A stretch of DNA of 59,924 bases from Patescibacteria group bacterium (lineage in GTDB: Bacteria; Patescibacteriota; Patescibacteriia; Veblenbacterales; UBA10138), in the NCBI GenBank assembly GCA_018817715.1, contig JAHITT010000004.1:191784-251707 (forward strand), read 5' to 3'. Position 1 is the stretch's first letter. Every line of letters begins with the position of its first letter. The notes beneath the pieces are model-generated. The model was not told where the DNA came from. It was given only the letters and a program-made list of their open reading frames with translations, and searched no databases. This document shows positions 34,914-45,290 of this stretch, one piece after another. Made by a program: the position numbers and the translations under genes.

Positions 34914-35306
34914 ATGTATTCTGCTTTTTTAAATAAAAATTATTTATATGTCGTGGCCGGTAATATTCATGACAAACAAAAGTATGGTTATATTATTTTG
35001 AATGATTTACTAACCCAAGGATATAAGGCAGTCGGTTTGGATATAAATTATAAAAATGAACAGGAGGGTATGGTAGTTTATAAGGATTTGTCGGAATTAA
35101 AAATTAAACCCGATGTTTTGGTGTTGGTAATTAAACCGGAAATAGGTAATTCTTTATTGAGGCAAGCAGTTGATTTAAAGATTGATAAAATATGGTGTCA
35201 AGTAGGTGCTTTTGACGAGGCTATTAAAAGAACAGCCGCGGATTATAATATTAACTTAGTGGCCGATGGTAGTTGTCTTATGGTCTTGGCTAGACAGGTT
35301 AAATAA
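34914..35306 (+). CDS. CoA-binding domain protein
   Basis: 130 aa with a YVVAGN...KYGY...GY.V pattern like YccU/CoA_binding_2. Confidence 0.55.
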   Translation: MYSAFLNKNYLYVVAGNIHDKQKYGYIILNDLLTQGYKAVGLDINYKNEQEGMVVYKDLSELKIKPDVLVLVIKPEIGNSLLRQAVDLKIDKIWCQVGAFDEAIKRTAADYNINLVADGSCLMVLARQVK

Positions 35307-35311
35307 AATTA

Positions 35312-35346
35312 CCCCAAAAATCTTGATTTAAGACTTTTGGGGTTTT
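35312..35346. terminator. bidirectional intrinsic terminator between convergent genes
   Basis: CCCCAAAAATCTT-GATTT-AAGACTTTTGGGG (13-bp stem, one mismatch), then TTTT. Confidence 0.7.
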
Positions 35347-35349
35347 AGG

Positions 35350-35676
35350 TTACCATAAGGTAACCTCAATTTGTCCAGGAAAGACCCTGATGAGATAATG
35401 TAGTACCTCCATCACTTCTGAATTTTTGTATAGCTTGTTGTCTTGGAAGTAATTTAATAGATCATCAAAATCAGAGTTGTTTAGTATTTCCTTCCATTTG
35501 TGTTCATCTATTAATTTTTTAAGATGACTGTTGATAGAAATTTTTTGATGGATTAACTCATCTTTTTTTGTAATTTGATTCTGATATCTTTTGTTTGTGA
35601 TTGTTATGTCAACAAATTTTCGTAATAAATCAAAAGCTATCTGAATTTTTTCATTATTTAAATTATTTGTTTTCAT
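35350..35676 (-). CDS. hypothetical protein (overlaps dut-like stop by 14 nt)
   Basis: 108 aa, helical, Asn/Lys-rich. No recognisable motif. Confidence 0.4.
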   Translation of the reverse strand: MKTNNLNNEKIQIAFDLLRKFVDITITNKRYQNQITKKDELIHQKISINSHLKKLIDEHKWKEILNNSDFDDLLNYFQDNKLYKNSEVMEVLHYLIRVFPGQIEVTLW

Positions 35677-36262
35677 TGTTTTTCCTCAAGTTTTTATTTT
35701 TAAAATCAGTATGACCTAGACCGTGGAAAGATCTTTCGGTTTGGCTAAATTCGTTATAATTATTAATCTCAACAAATTGAGGAACAAGCCTTTTCTGAAA
35801 AACGACTTGGGCTATGGCAACTTCCTTGCTTATAATGAAAGGTTTATTGCCTATGTTTAATATTTTAGCAGTAGCCTCGCCCCGAAAGTCGGCATCAATT
35901 GGTACCATAGCATTTTGTAAAAGAGTATCTTTTACTGTAGTGGCACCGGAACGGGGCAGTAAGTAATAAAACATTTCTGACGGCATTTCAGTTATAAAAC
36001 CTATACCCAAAACTACTGACTGGTTGGGCATAAGGTTATAAATTAGCTGACCGTTTTCTTGGATTATGTTTTTGTTGATTTGTTCATTATCCGATCTTGA
36101 TTTAAAGTTGAATAAGTTTTTTCTTAAGTAAGGTGATTGTTTATCCATTTCACTTAAGGAAACAATACACCTTGGATATACGTCATAGCCAGCTGATTGT
36201 GGGGTGCCTAGTTTAGGTATTTTACCGCCTGTTAGTAATAATATTTTTACATTTTTTATCAT
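35663..36262 (-). CDS. dut: dUTPase-fold protein with a large insertion after motif 1
   Basis: Five divergent motifs in order: SAGYDV, LPRSG, IDADFRGE, IAQVVF, ERSFHGLGHT. An insertion of roughly 40-50 aa lies between motifs 1 and 2. Confidence 0.7.
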   Translation of the reverse strand: MIKNVKILLLTGGKIPKLGTPQSAGYDVYPRCIVSLSEMDKQSPYLRKNLFNFKSRSDNEQINKNIIQENGQLIYNLMPNQSVVLGIGFITEMPSEMFYYLLPRSGATTVKDTLLQNAMVPIDADFRGEATAKILNIGNKPFIISKEVAIAQVVFQKRLVPQFVEINNYNEFSQTERSFHGLGHTDFKNKNLRKNNENK

Positions 36263-36336
36263 TTTAAAGTCCTTTTTGTTTGTGATTTTAATTAAACAAA
36301 TTACCCCGATTGGTATATATTGTCAAATAGATAGTT

Positions 36337-36963
36337 ATGAATTTGCTAATTGAAAAAAAATTAACCACCCAAGGTTATAAGTTGGTGGCCGGGGCGGATG
36401 AGGCTGGTCGGGGCGCTTTGGCCGGGCCAATTGTGGCGGCAGTGGTTATTTTGTCTAAAGATTTATTAGCCAATCCTCCAGACTGGTTGAGTTGGGTTAA
36501 AGATTCTAAAATTTTAAACCCCCAAAAAAGACAGGAAATTTTTAAGTTAGCCCGGCGACAAATTATTTGGTCAATTGGTTTGGTAAATAGCCGCCAAATA
36601 GATAGTAAGGGAATAACCTGGTCTAATCATCAGGTGGTCTTTAAAGCTGTAAATAAATTAAAAGTTAAACCAGATTATTTACTGACCGATTATATAGCCA
36701 AACTACCCAAAAAAATTAAAAATTTACCCGTACAGAGCCTTGTTGATGGGGATGCTAAAGTTTTGTCTATAGCCCTAGCTTCGGTTATGGCTAAAGTTTA
36801 TCGGGATAAAGTAATGGATAATTATGACAAAAAATATCCAAACTACAATTTTTCTAAGAATAAAGGTTATGGTACAAAAGATCATCTTAAAAAGCTTAGG
36901 CTTTTAGGCCCTTGTTCAATTCATCGTTTAACGTATCGACCAGTTAAAGACAGTTTGGTATAA
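36337..36963 (+). CDS. rnhB: ribonuclease HII
   Basis: GADEAGRGALAGPIVAA and DSK motifs. Confidence 0.9.
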   Translation: MNLLIEKKLTTQGYKLVAGADEAGRGALAGPIVAAVVILSKDLLANPPDWLSWVKDSKILNPQKRQEIFKLARRQIIWSIGLVNSRQIDSKGITWSNHQVVFKAVNKLKVKPDYLLTDYIAKLPKKIKNLPVQSLVDGDAKVLSIALASVMAKVYRDKVMDNYDKKYPNYNFSKNKGYGTKDHLKKLRLLGPCSIHRLTYRPVKDSLV

Positions 36964-36985
36964 TGTGATTATTAATTAAAAATAT

Positions 36986-37540
36986 ATGAGAACAGAAATA
37001 GTTACTTCCAAACTACTTAATCCAGAAAGTTTATTAAAAGACGAACTGGGTTTGAGTAGTGGACACAATTTTGGAGATTTAGGTTGTGGTGGCGCGGGTT
37101 ATTTTACCCTGCCAGCCGCCCGCTTAGTTGGTAGCCAAGGAAAAGTTTATGCGGTGGATATATTAAAATCGGCTTTGGAAGGAGTAGTGGGTAAGGCTAA
37201 ACTGGAGAATTTGAATAATATCGAAACAGTTTGGTCGGATTTGGAAAAATTAGGAGCTACTAAAATTGAATCGGCTATTTTGGATTTTGCCTGTTTAATA
37301 AATATAATTTTTCAGTCACGGCAGAACGATTTTATTTTAAAAGAAACAAATCGTTTATTAAAAACTGGTGGTAGTTTGTTGTTGGTTGATTGGAAAGTGC
37401 AACCAACTCCTTTTGGACCACCGCTTGATAATCGGATTGCTCCAGAAAAAGTAGTTGAATTAAGTAAGGTGGCTGGATTTTCGTTGGTTAAACAGTTTGA
37501 GGCAGGCCCTTATCATTACGGATTTATTTTAAAGAAATAA
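36986..37540 (+). CDS. class I SAM-dependent methyltransferase
   Basis: Motif I DLGCGGAGYF followed by VYAVD. Confidence 0.7.
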   Translation: MRTEIVTSKLLNPESLLKDELGLSSGHNFGDLGCGGAGYFTLPAARLVGSQGKVYAVDILKSALEGVVGKAKLENLNNIETVWSDLEKLGATKIESAILDFACLINIIFQSRQNDFILKETNRLLKTGGSLLLVDWKVQPTPFGPPLDNRIAPEKVVELSKVAGFSLVKQFEAGPYHYGFILKK

Positions 37541-37542
37541 TT

Positions 37543-37938
37543 ATGAATAATTTATTAATTTTATCTTATTGGATAGAAGCTTATGCTGAGCCGTTTAGTG
37601 GTTGGGGGCTCTATTCTTTGGTAGCTTTGGTCTTATTTTTATGGTTGGTAGCTTTGGTTTTTGGTTTGTTTTTTAAACGTTTTAGCTCCGAGCCTAGCAC
37701 GCGACGAATACTTAAAAAACTTTCGTCCTTGTTGGGTACGGAGGGGGTATTACTAGCTTTAACTTTGTTTTTTACCCAAACACAAACGCCTTATTTAGGT
37801 AGTCGTTGGTGGTGGTTATTATGGTTGGTTTTGGCGGCGATTTGGTTGTGGTTCATTTTGGTTTATGCTGTTAAAGTAGCTCCTCAAGAAAAAGCTAAAC
37901 GTTTTCAAGAACAGCAGAGATTAAAATATTTATCCTAA
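37543..37938 (+). CDS. Trp-rich integral membrane protein, unknown function
   Basis: Three to four hydrophobic helices. No motif recognised. Confidence 0.4.
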   Translation: MNNLLILSYWIEAYAEPFSGWGLYSLVALVLFLWLVALVFGLFFKRFSSEPSTRRILKKLSSLLGTEGVLLALTLFFTQTQTPYLGSRWWWLLWLVLAAIWLWFILVYAVKVAPQEKAKRFQEQQRLKYLS

Positions 37939-37939
37939 T

Positions 37940-38299
37940 ATGAAAAAAACGCGGCAGGAGGCCGGCCGCTTAGGTGAAGAAGAGGCTTGCTCTTATTTAT
38001 TAAACCAAGGTTTTTTTGTTTTGGCGCGTAATTGGCATGCTGGTCGTTATGGTGAGATTGATATAATTGTTCAAAAAGGTCAGGAACTTTTTGTGGTCGA
38101 GGTTAAAACCAAACAAGAGCCTTTTTTAATTAGGCCAGAGATAATGGTTGATGAATCAAAAGTGGCTAAGCTTAAATTAGCTGCCCAAGCCTTTGTTTTG
38201 GCCCATCCTCAACTGCCTCAGCAGGTAAGTTTATTAGTAGTGGCAGTTGTTTTATCAGCTAGTAACTTTGTTAAAGACATAAAAATTTTTACTATTTAA
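37940..38299 (+). CDS. yraN: YraN family (UPF0102) endonuclease-like protein
   Basis: GE.AA..L...G...L.RN.....GEIDIIV......VVEVKT pattern. Confidence 0.8.
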   Translation: MKKTRQEAGRLGEEEACSYLLNQGFFVLARNWHAGRYGEIDIIVQKGQELFVVEVKTKQEPFLIRPEIMVDESKVAKLKLAAQAFVLAHPQLPQQVSLLVVAVVLSASNFVKDIKIFTI

Positions 38300-38420
38300 A
38301 CTTGACAAGAGGTTGGGTTTTTTACTATTGTTTAATTAAGGCTAGGTGCTTTATTAAGCAACCTAGTTATTTTTTACTCTAGTTTTTTTAGCTTTCTAAA
38401 TAAAGTTAATTAATTAATTT

Positions 38421-39632
38421 ATGCAAAATTCTCCAATTTTGGCAGCCATCCAACAGATTTGCGAGGAAAAAAATATTCCCGTCTCAGCTGTGGTGGAAAC
38501 CATCGAGCAGGCGTTGGCCGCTGCTTATCGAAAAGATTTTGGCCAAAAGAATGAAAATATAAAAGTGGAGTTTGATCCAGTTACTGGCGATTCCAAAGTT
38601 TTTGATGTAAAAACTGTGGTAGAAGGTCCGGAAGAAGGAGAGGAAACAATTAATGAACGTAAGGAAATACTACTAACAGAAGCTCGGAAAAAAGATTCAC
38701 AGTGGCAAATTGGCGATGAGATAAAAACAGAATTAAAAGTGCCGGCGGATTACGGTCGTATGGCTGCTCAGACGGCCAAACAGGTTATTATTCAACGTTT
38801 AAGAGAAGCGGAGCGTGAAGTGGTCTTTTCTGAATATAAAGATAAGGAAGGTCAGGTTTTAATTGGTACTATTCAGCGCGTGGAAGGGCGAACTGTTTTT
38901 GTCGATTTGGGACACACCGTAGCGGTTATGCCTCATAGTGAACAAATTCCTCGGGAACATTATGCTGTTAGTGCTCGATTTAAAGTATATTTAGTGGCAG
39001 TAAATGCGGCCGCTCGTGGTCCAGAAGTAATTGTTTCCAGAACTCATCCGGAAATTGTTCGTCAATTATTTATTCAGGAAGTGCCAGAAATAGCTTCGAG
39101 TATTGTGGAAATTAAAGCGATAGCCAGAGAGGCTGGTGGTCGCACCAAAATAGCTGTTTTTACTGAAGAAGAAAATGTTGATCCGATTGGTTCTTGTGTT
39201 GGTCAGCGCGGTATTCGTGTGCAAACTATTATTAGTCAGTTAGGTGGCGAGAAGATTGACATAATAGAATGGTCTGAAGATATTATTAAATTTATTTCAT
39301 CGTCTTTGTCGCCGGCTAAGGTTCAGTCGGTAATTTTGGATGAGGAAAGTCATAGTGCCAAAGTAGAAGTGGCTGAAGATCAATTATCCTTAGCTATTGG
39401 TAAAAACGGCCAGAATGTACGTTTAGCAGTTAAACTAACCGGTTGGAGGATAGATATTATTGGTAGTGTGTCTGGTGAAGTAGTTGTTGGGGATCCAGAA
39501 GTTTCAGAAGAAGCTGCTAGTAAAACAGAGCAGATAGAAAGTTCCGATAGCTCGACTGATGATTCTTTAAAATCAACAGATAATACTCCAACTTCGGATA
39601 AGGTGGAAGATTCAACTGGTAATCAATTATAA
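38421..39632 (+). CDS. nusA: transcription termination/antitermination factor NusA
   Basis: N-terminal domain, S1 ([21 protein letters not shown]), two KH domains ([24 protein letters not shown]), acidic tail. Confidence 0.9.
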   Translation: MQNSPILAAIQQICEEKNIPVSAVVETIEQALAAAYRKDFGQKNENIKVEFDPVTGDSKVFDVKTVVEGPEEGEETINERKEILLTEARKKDSQWQIGDEIKTELKVPADYGRMAAQTAKQVIIQRLREAEREVVFSEYKDKEGQVLIGTIQRVEGRTVFVDLGHTVAVMPHSEQIPREHYAVSARFKVYLVAVNAAARGPEVIVSRTHPEIVRQLFIQEVPEIASSIVEIKAIAREAGGRTKIAVFTEEENVDPIGSCVGQRGIRVQTIISQLGGEKIDIIEWSEDIIKFISSSLSPAKVQSVILDEESHSAKVEVAEDQLSLAIGKNGQNVRLAVKLTGWRIDIIGSVSGEVVVGDPEVSEEAASKTEQIESSDSSTDDSLKSTDNTPTSDKVEDSTGNQL

Positions 39633-39636
39633 TTTA

Positions 39637-41652
39637 TTGGCTATTATTTATACTATGTATAATTATTTAACATTCGCCCTAGTAGCTTCGATTGTAACCA
39701 TTGCTTATGGTTTATGGTTAATGAGCCGAGTTTTAAAATTGCCGACTGGTTCGGAAAAAATGCAATCTATTGCTGCGGCTATTCAAGCCGGCGCTAAAGC
39801 TTACTTGCAAAGGCAATATCGTACAGTAGCTTGGATAGCTTTGGTTTTATTTGTTTTATTAGGTTGGTTTTGGAATTGGCCAACTGCTTTAGCTTTTTTG
39901 GTGGGAGCAGTTTTATCGGCGGTCGCTGGATTTATTGGTATGAATATTTCAGTACGGGCTAACGTACGTACTGCCGAAGCCGCTCGTAGTAGTTTAGCTA
40001 AAGCTTTTTCTGTGGCAGTTAATGGCGGTGCTGTAACTGGTTTGTTAGTGGTTGGTTTGGCCTTATTAGGCGTGACAGGATTTTATTGGTTATCGGCTGG
40101 TAATTTATCAGCCTTAATTGGTTTAGGTTTTGGTGGTAGTTTGATTTCCGTTTTTGCTCGTTTAGGTGGTGGTATTTATACCAAAGCTGCTGATGTCGGA
40201 GCCGACTTGGTTGGTAAAGTAGAAAGTAATATTCCCGAAGATGATCCCAGAAATCCAGCGGTGATTGCCGACAACGTGGGTGATAACGTAGGTGATTGCG
40301 CTGGTATGGCCGCTGATTTGTATGAATCTTATGCTGTGACAGCCGTGGCCGCCATGTTGTTGGGCTCTTTGGTTTTTAAAAATTTTGATAATGCTGTTTT
40401 GTATCCCTTAGCTTTGGGAGCGGTTTCCGTGCTGGCTTCTTTGTTTGGTACTATGGCCATAAAACTTTCAGCCAGCCAAAAAATAATGGCCGCTCTTTAT
40501 AAGGGTTTAGTGGTGGCTGGTTTATTGGCCATTATTGGTTTTTATTTTGTGACCGAAAATTTAATGACTGGTAATGGTCTGTACAGTACCACAGCTATTT
40601 ATTTGGCTAGTTTGGTTGGCTTGGTGGTAACTGGTTTGTTGGTGTTAATTACAGAATATTATACTTCCACTGAATACAAACCAGTGCAATCCATTGCCGA
40701 AGCTTCTACGACCGGACACGGTACTAATATAATTCGGGGTTTGGCTATTTCCATGAAGTCGACAGCTTGGCCGGTTATAGTAATTGCCGCGGCTATTATG
40801 GCTTCTTATGCTTTGGCTGGTATTTATGGGGTGGCTGTAGCGGCCATGAGTATGCTTTCTTTAACCGGTATTATTGTAACCATTGATGCTTATGGTCCGA
40901 TTACTGACAATGCCGGCGGAATTGCCGAAATGTCTGATTTACCCAAAGAAGTTCGGGATATAACAGATCCTTTAGATGCGGTTGGTAATACCACTAAAGC
41001 TGTTACCAAGGGTTATGCTATTGGTTCAGCCGGCCTGGCCGCTTTAGTTTTATTTGCCGCTTATGTACAAGAGTTTGTTGATCGCGGCGTAACTATTCAT
41101 TTTTTATTAGATGATCCTCGGGTGCTAGTGGGTTTATTTATTGGCGGTTTGTTGCCTTATTTGTTTGGGGCTTTTTCTATGGAAGCAGTTGGTAAAGCCG
41201 CCGGTCAGGTAGTGGAAGAAGTTAGGCGTCAATTTAAAGAAATACCAGGCATTATGGAGGGAACAGCTATGCCAGATTATGGCAAGGCCGTGGATATAGT
41301 AACTAAGAGCGCTCTTAAAGAAATGATTTTGCCGGCTTTAATGCCGGTGGTAACTCCTTTGTTAGTTGGTTTTATTTTAGGCCCGGAGGCTTTGGGTGGT
41401 TTATTGGTTGGCAGCATTGTAACTGGTTTATTTGTGGCCATTTCTATGACCACCGGTGGCGCTGCTTGGGATAATGCTAAAAAATATATTGAAGCTGGCA
41501 ATTTTGGCGGTAAAGGAAGTTTGGCTTATCAAGCCGCTGTGACTGGTGACACCGTAGGCGATCCTTATAAAGATACGGCTGGTCCGGCTATTAACCCGAT
41601 GATTAAAATATTGAATGTGGTGGCTTTATTGTTAGTGGCTTTTTTAATTTAA
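39637..41652 (+). CDS. hppA: membrane-bound H+-translocating pyrophosphatase, K+-independent type signature
   Basis: [27 protein letters not shown] and [10 protein letters not shown] motifs. [10 protein letters not shown] (Lys/Thr variant) is the signature associated with K+-independent enzymes. Start may be the TTG at 39637 or the ATG at 39655. Confidence 0.9.
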   Translation: MAIIYTMYNYLTFALVASIVTIAYGLWLMSRVLKLPTGSEKMQSIAAAIQAGAKAYLQRQYRTVAWIALVLFVLLGWFWNWPTALAFLVGAVLSAVAGFIGMNISVRANVRTAEAARSSLAKAFSVAVNGGAVTGLLVVGLALLGVTGFYWLSAGNLSALIGLGFGGSLISVFARLGGGIYTKAADVGADLVGKVESNIPEDDPRNPAVIADNVGDNVGDCAGMAADLYESYAVTAVAAMLLGSLVFKNFDNAVLYPLALGAVSVLASLFGTMAIKLSASQKIMAALYKGLVVAGLLAIIGFYFVTENLMTGNGLYSTTAIYLASLVGLVVTGLLVLITEYYTSTEYKPVQSIAEASTTGHGTNIIRGLAISMKSTAWPVIVIAAAIMASYALAGIYGVAVAAMSMLSLTGIIVTIDAYGPITDNAGGIAEMSDLPKEVRDITDPLDAVGNTTKAVTKGYAIGSAGLAALVLFAAYVQEFVDRGVTIHFLLDDPRVLVGLFIGGLLPYLFGAFSMEAVGKAAGQVVEEVRRQFKEIPGIMEGTAMPDYGKAVDIVTKSALKEMILPALMPVVTPLLVGFILGPEALGGLLVGSIVTGLFVAISMTTGGAAWDNAKKYIEAGNFGGKGSLAYQAAVTGDTVGDPYKDTAGPAINPMIKILNVVALLLVAFLI

Positions 41653-41749
41653 GTTAGTTTGAACTTAAGTTAGGAGTAAGAGGTTTGGGTAATAGATGTT
41701 GCTTTTAAACTCTTACTCTTCACTTTTATTTTTTAAATTATTTATTATC

Positions 41750-43024
41750 ATGCAATATAATATAGAAAATATTAAAGGAGGTAAATTAAAAATAACTTTT
41801 GAACTTACCGAAGCCGAAGCTGCCAGGATGCGTCAGCGGGCCATGGGAGTTATTTCGCAAAATTATAAGATGGATGGTTTTAGACCGGGTAAAGTACCTT
41901 TGGAAGTTATTAAACAAAAAGTCGGCGAGGCTACTATTGAGCAGGAGGCTTTATTAGCGGCGGCTAAAGAATTTTATCCTAGGTTGGTTACGGAAGAGGA
42001 TTTGGATGTTATTGGTCAGCCGGAATTGCAATTAGAAAAAGCTGAGCCGTTTGTTTTTAGTTTAACAGTTGTTAAATTGCCGGAGGTTAGTTTAGGCAAA
42101 TGGGAAAAAATTAGTTTGGAACGGTCAGCTGTTCAAGTGGCGGAATCAGAAATTACTAAAGTGGTGGAGGATATTAGAGATAATCGGGCTAGCGAGGCAG
42201 CTTCGGTGGAGGGAATTAAAACCGGCGATCGTGTGGTAATGGATTTTGTGGTGTCGGTGGATAAAGTGGCTATAGAAGGTGGTAGTCAGAATGATTATTC
42301 TGTTATTGTTGGTAAGGGTCAATTAGTACCGGGCTTTGAAGAAAATTTATTAGGCCTAAAACAAAACGAAGATAAGGATTTTTCTATTACTTTCCCTAAG
42401 GACTATCATAAGCCCCTAGCTAGTAAACCAGCTGAAGTAAAGGTAAAAATAAAGCAGGTTTTTGCTCGGATTTTACCGGAATTAAATGATGATTTTGCTA
42501 AAGGTTTGGGCTATTTTTCTTCTTTAAAAGAATTAATCGACAAGATAAAACAGAATATAATAGACGAAAAAACTGAAACAGCGGAAATTAATTTGGAAAG
42601 AGAAATGTTGGAAAAATTAGTCGATCTGACTGAATTTGGTGAGTTGCCAGATATGTTGGTGGACAGGGAAGCTAAATCAATGGTTCACGAACTTAAACAT
42701 TCCCTGGAGCATCGGGGGTTAAATTGGGTTGATTATTTGGCTAGTATTAAAAAAGATGAGCCAGCCTTGCTTAATGAGTTTAAATCGCAAGCTGTTAAGC
42801 GAGTTAAGGTAGCCTTGTTGACCAGGCAGTTTGTTAGGCAGGAAAAGTTAGAGGCGGATGATGACAGTGTAACTGAAGAACTTAAAAAAGTTTTACAAAG
42901 TCATCAGCACGATCCTAAAACTATAGAACGCTTTCAGACAGACGAATATAAAGATTATCTGCGTAGTAATTTGACTAATAAAAATGTGGTAAGTTGGCTT
43001 AAAGAAAAATTAGTTAAAAAATAA
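41750..43024 (+). CDS. tig: trigger factor
   Basis: N-terminal ribosome-binding region with GFRPGKVP motif, FKBP-like middle domain, helical C-terminal domain. Start at the ATG at 41750. Confidence 0.85.
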   Translation: MQYNIENIKGGKLKITFELTEAEAARMRQRAMGVISQNYKMDGFRPGKVPLEVIKQKVGEATIEQEALLAAAKEFYPRLVTEEDLDVIGQPELQLEKAEPFVFSLTVVKLPEVSLGKWEKISLERSAVQVAESEITKVVEDIRDNRASEAASVEGIKTGDRVVMDFVVSVDKVAIEGGSQNDYSVIVGKGQLVPGFEENLLGLKQNEDKDFSITFPKDYHKPLASKPAEVKVKIKQVFARILPELNDDFAKGLGYFSSLKELIDKIKQNIIDEKTETAEINLEREMLEKLVDLTEFGELPDMLVDREAKSMVHELKHSLEHRGLNWVDYLASIKKDEPALLNEFKSQAVKRVKVALLTRQFVRQEKLEADDDSVTEELKKVLQSHQHDPKTIERFQTDEYKDYLRSNLTNKNVVSWLKEKLVKK

Positions 43025-43107
43025 TAAATTAAGCGACAGTGATTTTTTATTAAGGTATACTATAGCTAAGCGTAGTATACCTTTTTAGATTAGTAGACTA
43101 TTTATTT

Positions 43108-43962
43108 ATGTTATTTGGTTCTCACATTTCGGCAGCTGGCGGGGTGACTAAGGCGCCAGAGCGGGCGGCTGAGGTGGGTTGTGAAGTTTTTCAGTTTTTT
43201 TCACGCTCACCTCAGGGCGGTTCAGCACCTAAATTAACGGCTCAAGTGGTTGAGGCGTTCAAAAAACATTGCCTTAATTATAATCAGTTAGAAACTTATA
43301 TTCATGCGCCTTATTACATAAATTTTGCTTCGGCTAAAGTTAGTATTCGACATAGTTCGGCTAGTATAATTAGGCAAGAGTTAGAGCGTGGTAGTTTATT
43401 GGGGGTAAAATATGTAATGGCTCATTTGGGTAGTTTTAAAGATGTTAGTGATAAAAAAGGCTTGCAATATGTGGTTAAGGGTTTAACCAAGATGTTAACT
43501 GATTATAAGGGGAGTACGGAATTTTTAATTGAAATATCAGCTGGTGCTGGTAAGGTTATTGGCGACAGTTTTGAAGAAGTGGCTTCCATTATTCATCAAG
43601 TAGAAAAAGATCGGAAAGTTAAATCGACTATTGGTGTTTGTTTTGATACTTGCCATGCTTTTGCTTCGGGTTATGATTTACGCACTAAGCAATCAGTTAA
43701 GAAAGTTTTAGACTCTTTTAATCATATTATTGGTTTAGATAAGTTGAGAATAATTCATATTAATGATTCTAAGCACGATCTTAATAGTCATAAAGATCAG
43801 CACGAACATTTGGGCAAAGGTAAAATAGGTTTGGCTGGATTTAAAGCTTTAGTACAGGACCGACGTTTAAAAAATGTTAATATGATATTAGAAACTCCTA
43901 AAAACGAGGCTGGGGACGATCCCAGGAATTTAGCTATTCTTAAAAAGTTTAGGAGAAAATAA
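43108..43962 (+). CDS. nfo: endonuclease IV
   Basis: HAPYYINFAS, AHLGS, CFDTCHAFASGYD, IHINDSK metal-ligand motifs. Confidence 0.9.
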   Translation: MLFGSHISAAGGVTKAPERAAEVGCEVFQFFSRSPQGGSAPKLTAQVVEAFKKHCLNYNQLETYIHAPYYINFASAKVSIRHSSASIIRQELERGSLLGVKYVMAHLGSFKDVSDKKGLQYVVKGLTKMLTDYKGSTEFLIEISAGAGKVIGDSFEEVASIIHQVEKDRKVKSTIGVCFDTCHAFASGYDLRTKQSVKKVLDSFNHIIGLDKLRIIHINDSKHDLNSHKDQHEHLGKGKIGLAGFKALVQDRRLKNVNMILETPKNEAGDDPRNLAILKKFRRK

Positions 43963-43964
43963 TT

Positions 43965-44714
43965 ATGACTATGGAAAATAGAAAACCAGATATTACCGAG
44001 TGGACTAAAAAATCTGCTGAAGCAGGTTTGGTTAATAAAGATGAACTGGAAAGAGTTTTGATAAATGCTGGCACCAAAAAAAGCAGATTGGAAAATAGTG
44101 GTTTACCCATAGGAGTAAGTTATGGACCATTTGATTCTTGGTCGGATATAGAGCAGGCGGTGCCAAATAATAAACGCGATAACATTCAGTATTTTATAAG
44201 GTGTGTACCCAAGGATTATGAAACACGCAGCAAATTGACCATAAGTCGTTTACCTAATGCTTCCTGGTTAGAGGTTAAGGAATATTATGATAGATTGTCT
44301 GGTGGTTCTGATAAGTACACAATTCAATTGTTTGAAACTTGGCAACCGGATTATAGTGGCGGTTTGGTTATAAATAACGGCCGGGTAATGGTGGATTTAG
44401 AACAAGGTGATAAATTTTTTTACAAAAAGGAAGATGATAAAAGTCAGCCCGTTGGAGCAACTATGGATGTTAGTGGACAAGAATCTGGTAAGTTTGATTT
44501 ACATTTTAATTATGCTAATAATCCGACAGACGAAGAAAAGCAAATAATGTTACAAACTGTTAAATATTTGAATCCGCAATTGGACAGAGAATTGTTTGAA
44601 AAATTACAAGTTTACGCTGATTATTTTTATAGCCGTGAACATGGTTTTAAGTTTGTAGAATATTGGGAAGGCGAGGAGGCTAAAAAATATATAGGTTTTA
44701 ATAGGCCAATTTAA
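43965..44714 (+). CDS. hypothetical protein
   Basis: 249 aa, soluble, no motif recognised. Starts 2 nt after the nfo stop. Confidence 0.4.
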   Translation: MTMENRKPDITEWTKKSAEAGLVNKDELERVLINAGTKKSRLENSGLPIGVSYGPFDSWSDIEQAVPNNKRDNIQYFIRCVPKDYETRSKLTISRLPNASWLEVKEYYDRLSGGSDKYTIQLFETWQPDYSGGLVINNGRVMVDLEQGDKFFYKKEDDKSQPVGATMDVSGQESGKFDLHFNYANNPTDEEKQIMLQTVKYLNPQLDRELFEKLQVYADYFYSREHGFKFVEYWEGEEAKKYIGFNRPI

Positions 44715-44718
44715 TTTT

Positions 44719-45276
44719 ATGGAAAACAGAGAAATCGAAGTTCGTTTTATTGAAATAGATAAGAATTTTTTATTAGCTAAACTGAAAGAAGTGGGGGCGA
44801 TTGATAATGGTGAAGAGTTAATAAAAGAGATAATTTTTTATGATAAAGAAATGAAATGGCCAAAAGAATGGAAATTTGTTAGGTTAAGGCAGGATAAAAA
44901 AGGCAATAAACTTACTTTTAAAAAAGTAGAGGAATTTAGTATCGATGGCACGATTGAAGTGGAAATTGTGGTGGATGATTGGAATAAAGCCGTGGAATTA
45001 GTTAAGACTATTGGTTTGATTGATTATCGCCAGCAAGAAAAAAAAAGACACAGTTTTTTATTAGATGGAGTGGAAGTGGATTTAATAGATTGGCCATTAG
45101 TGCCAACCTTGGTGGAGTTGGAAGGAAAAGATGAGCAGTCTTTAAGATTAGTGGCGGATAAGATAGGTTTAGATTGGACAGAGGTAGAGTTGCGTGACAA
45201 TCGTTGGTTAATGGAAAACAAATATAAAATACCTTTTACCAGTTTGAGGTTTTATACTTTTACTAAGATAGAATAA
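44719..45276 (+). CDS. CYTH-domain protein (triphosphate tunnel metalloenzyme, CyaB-like)
   Basis: N-terminal EIEVRF (ExExK-type start), then RLRQ, TFK, EVEI, VDLIDW..LVELEG beta-strand acidic/basic pattern. Confidence 0.7.
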   Translation: MENREIEVRFIEIDKNFLLAKLKEVGAIDNGEELIKEIIFYDKEMKWPKEWKFVRLRQDKKGNKLTFKKVEEFSIDGTIEVEIVVDDWNKAVELVKTIGLIDYRQQEKKRHSFLLDGVEVDLIDWPLVPTLVELEGKDEQSLRLVADKIGLDWTEVELRDNRWLMENKYKIPFTSLRFYTFTKIE

Positions 45277-45290
45277 TTAAACTATTTATT

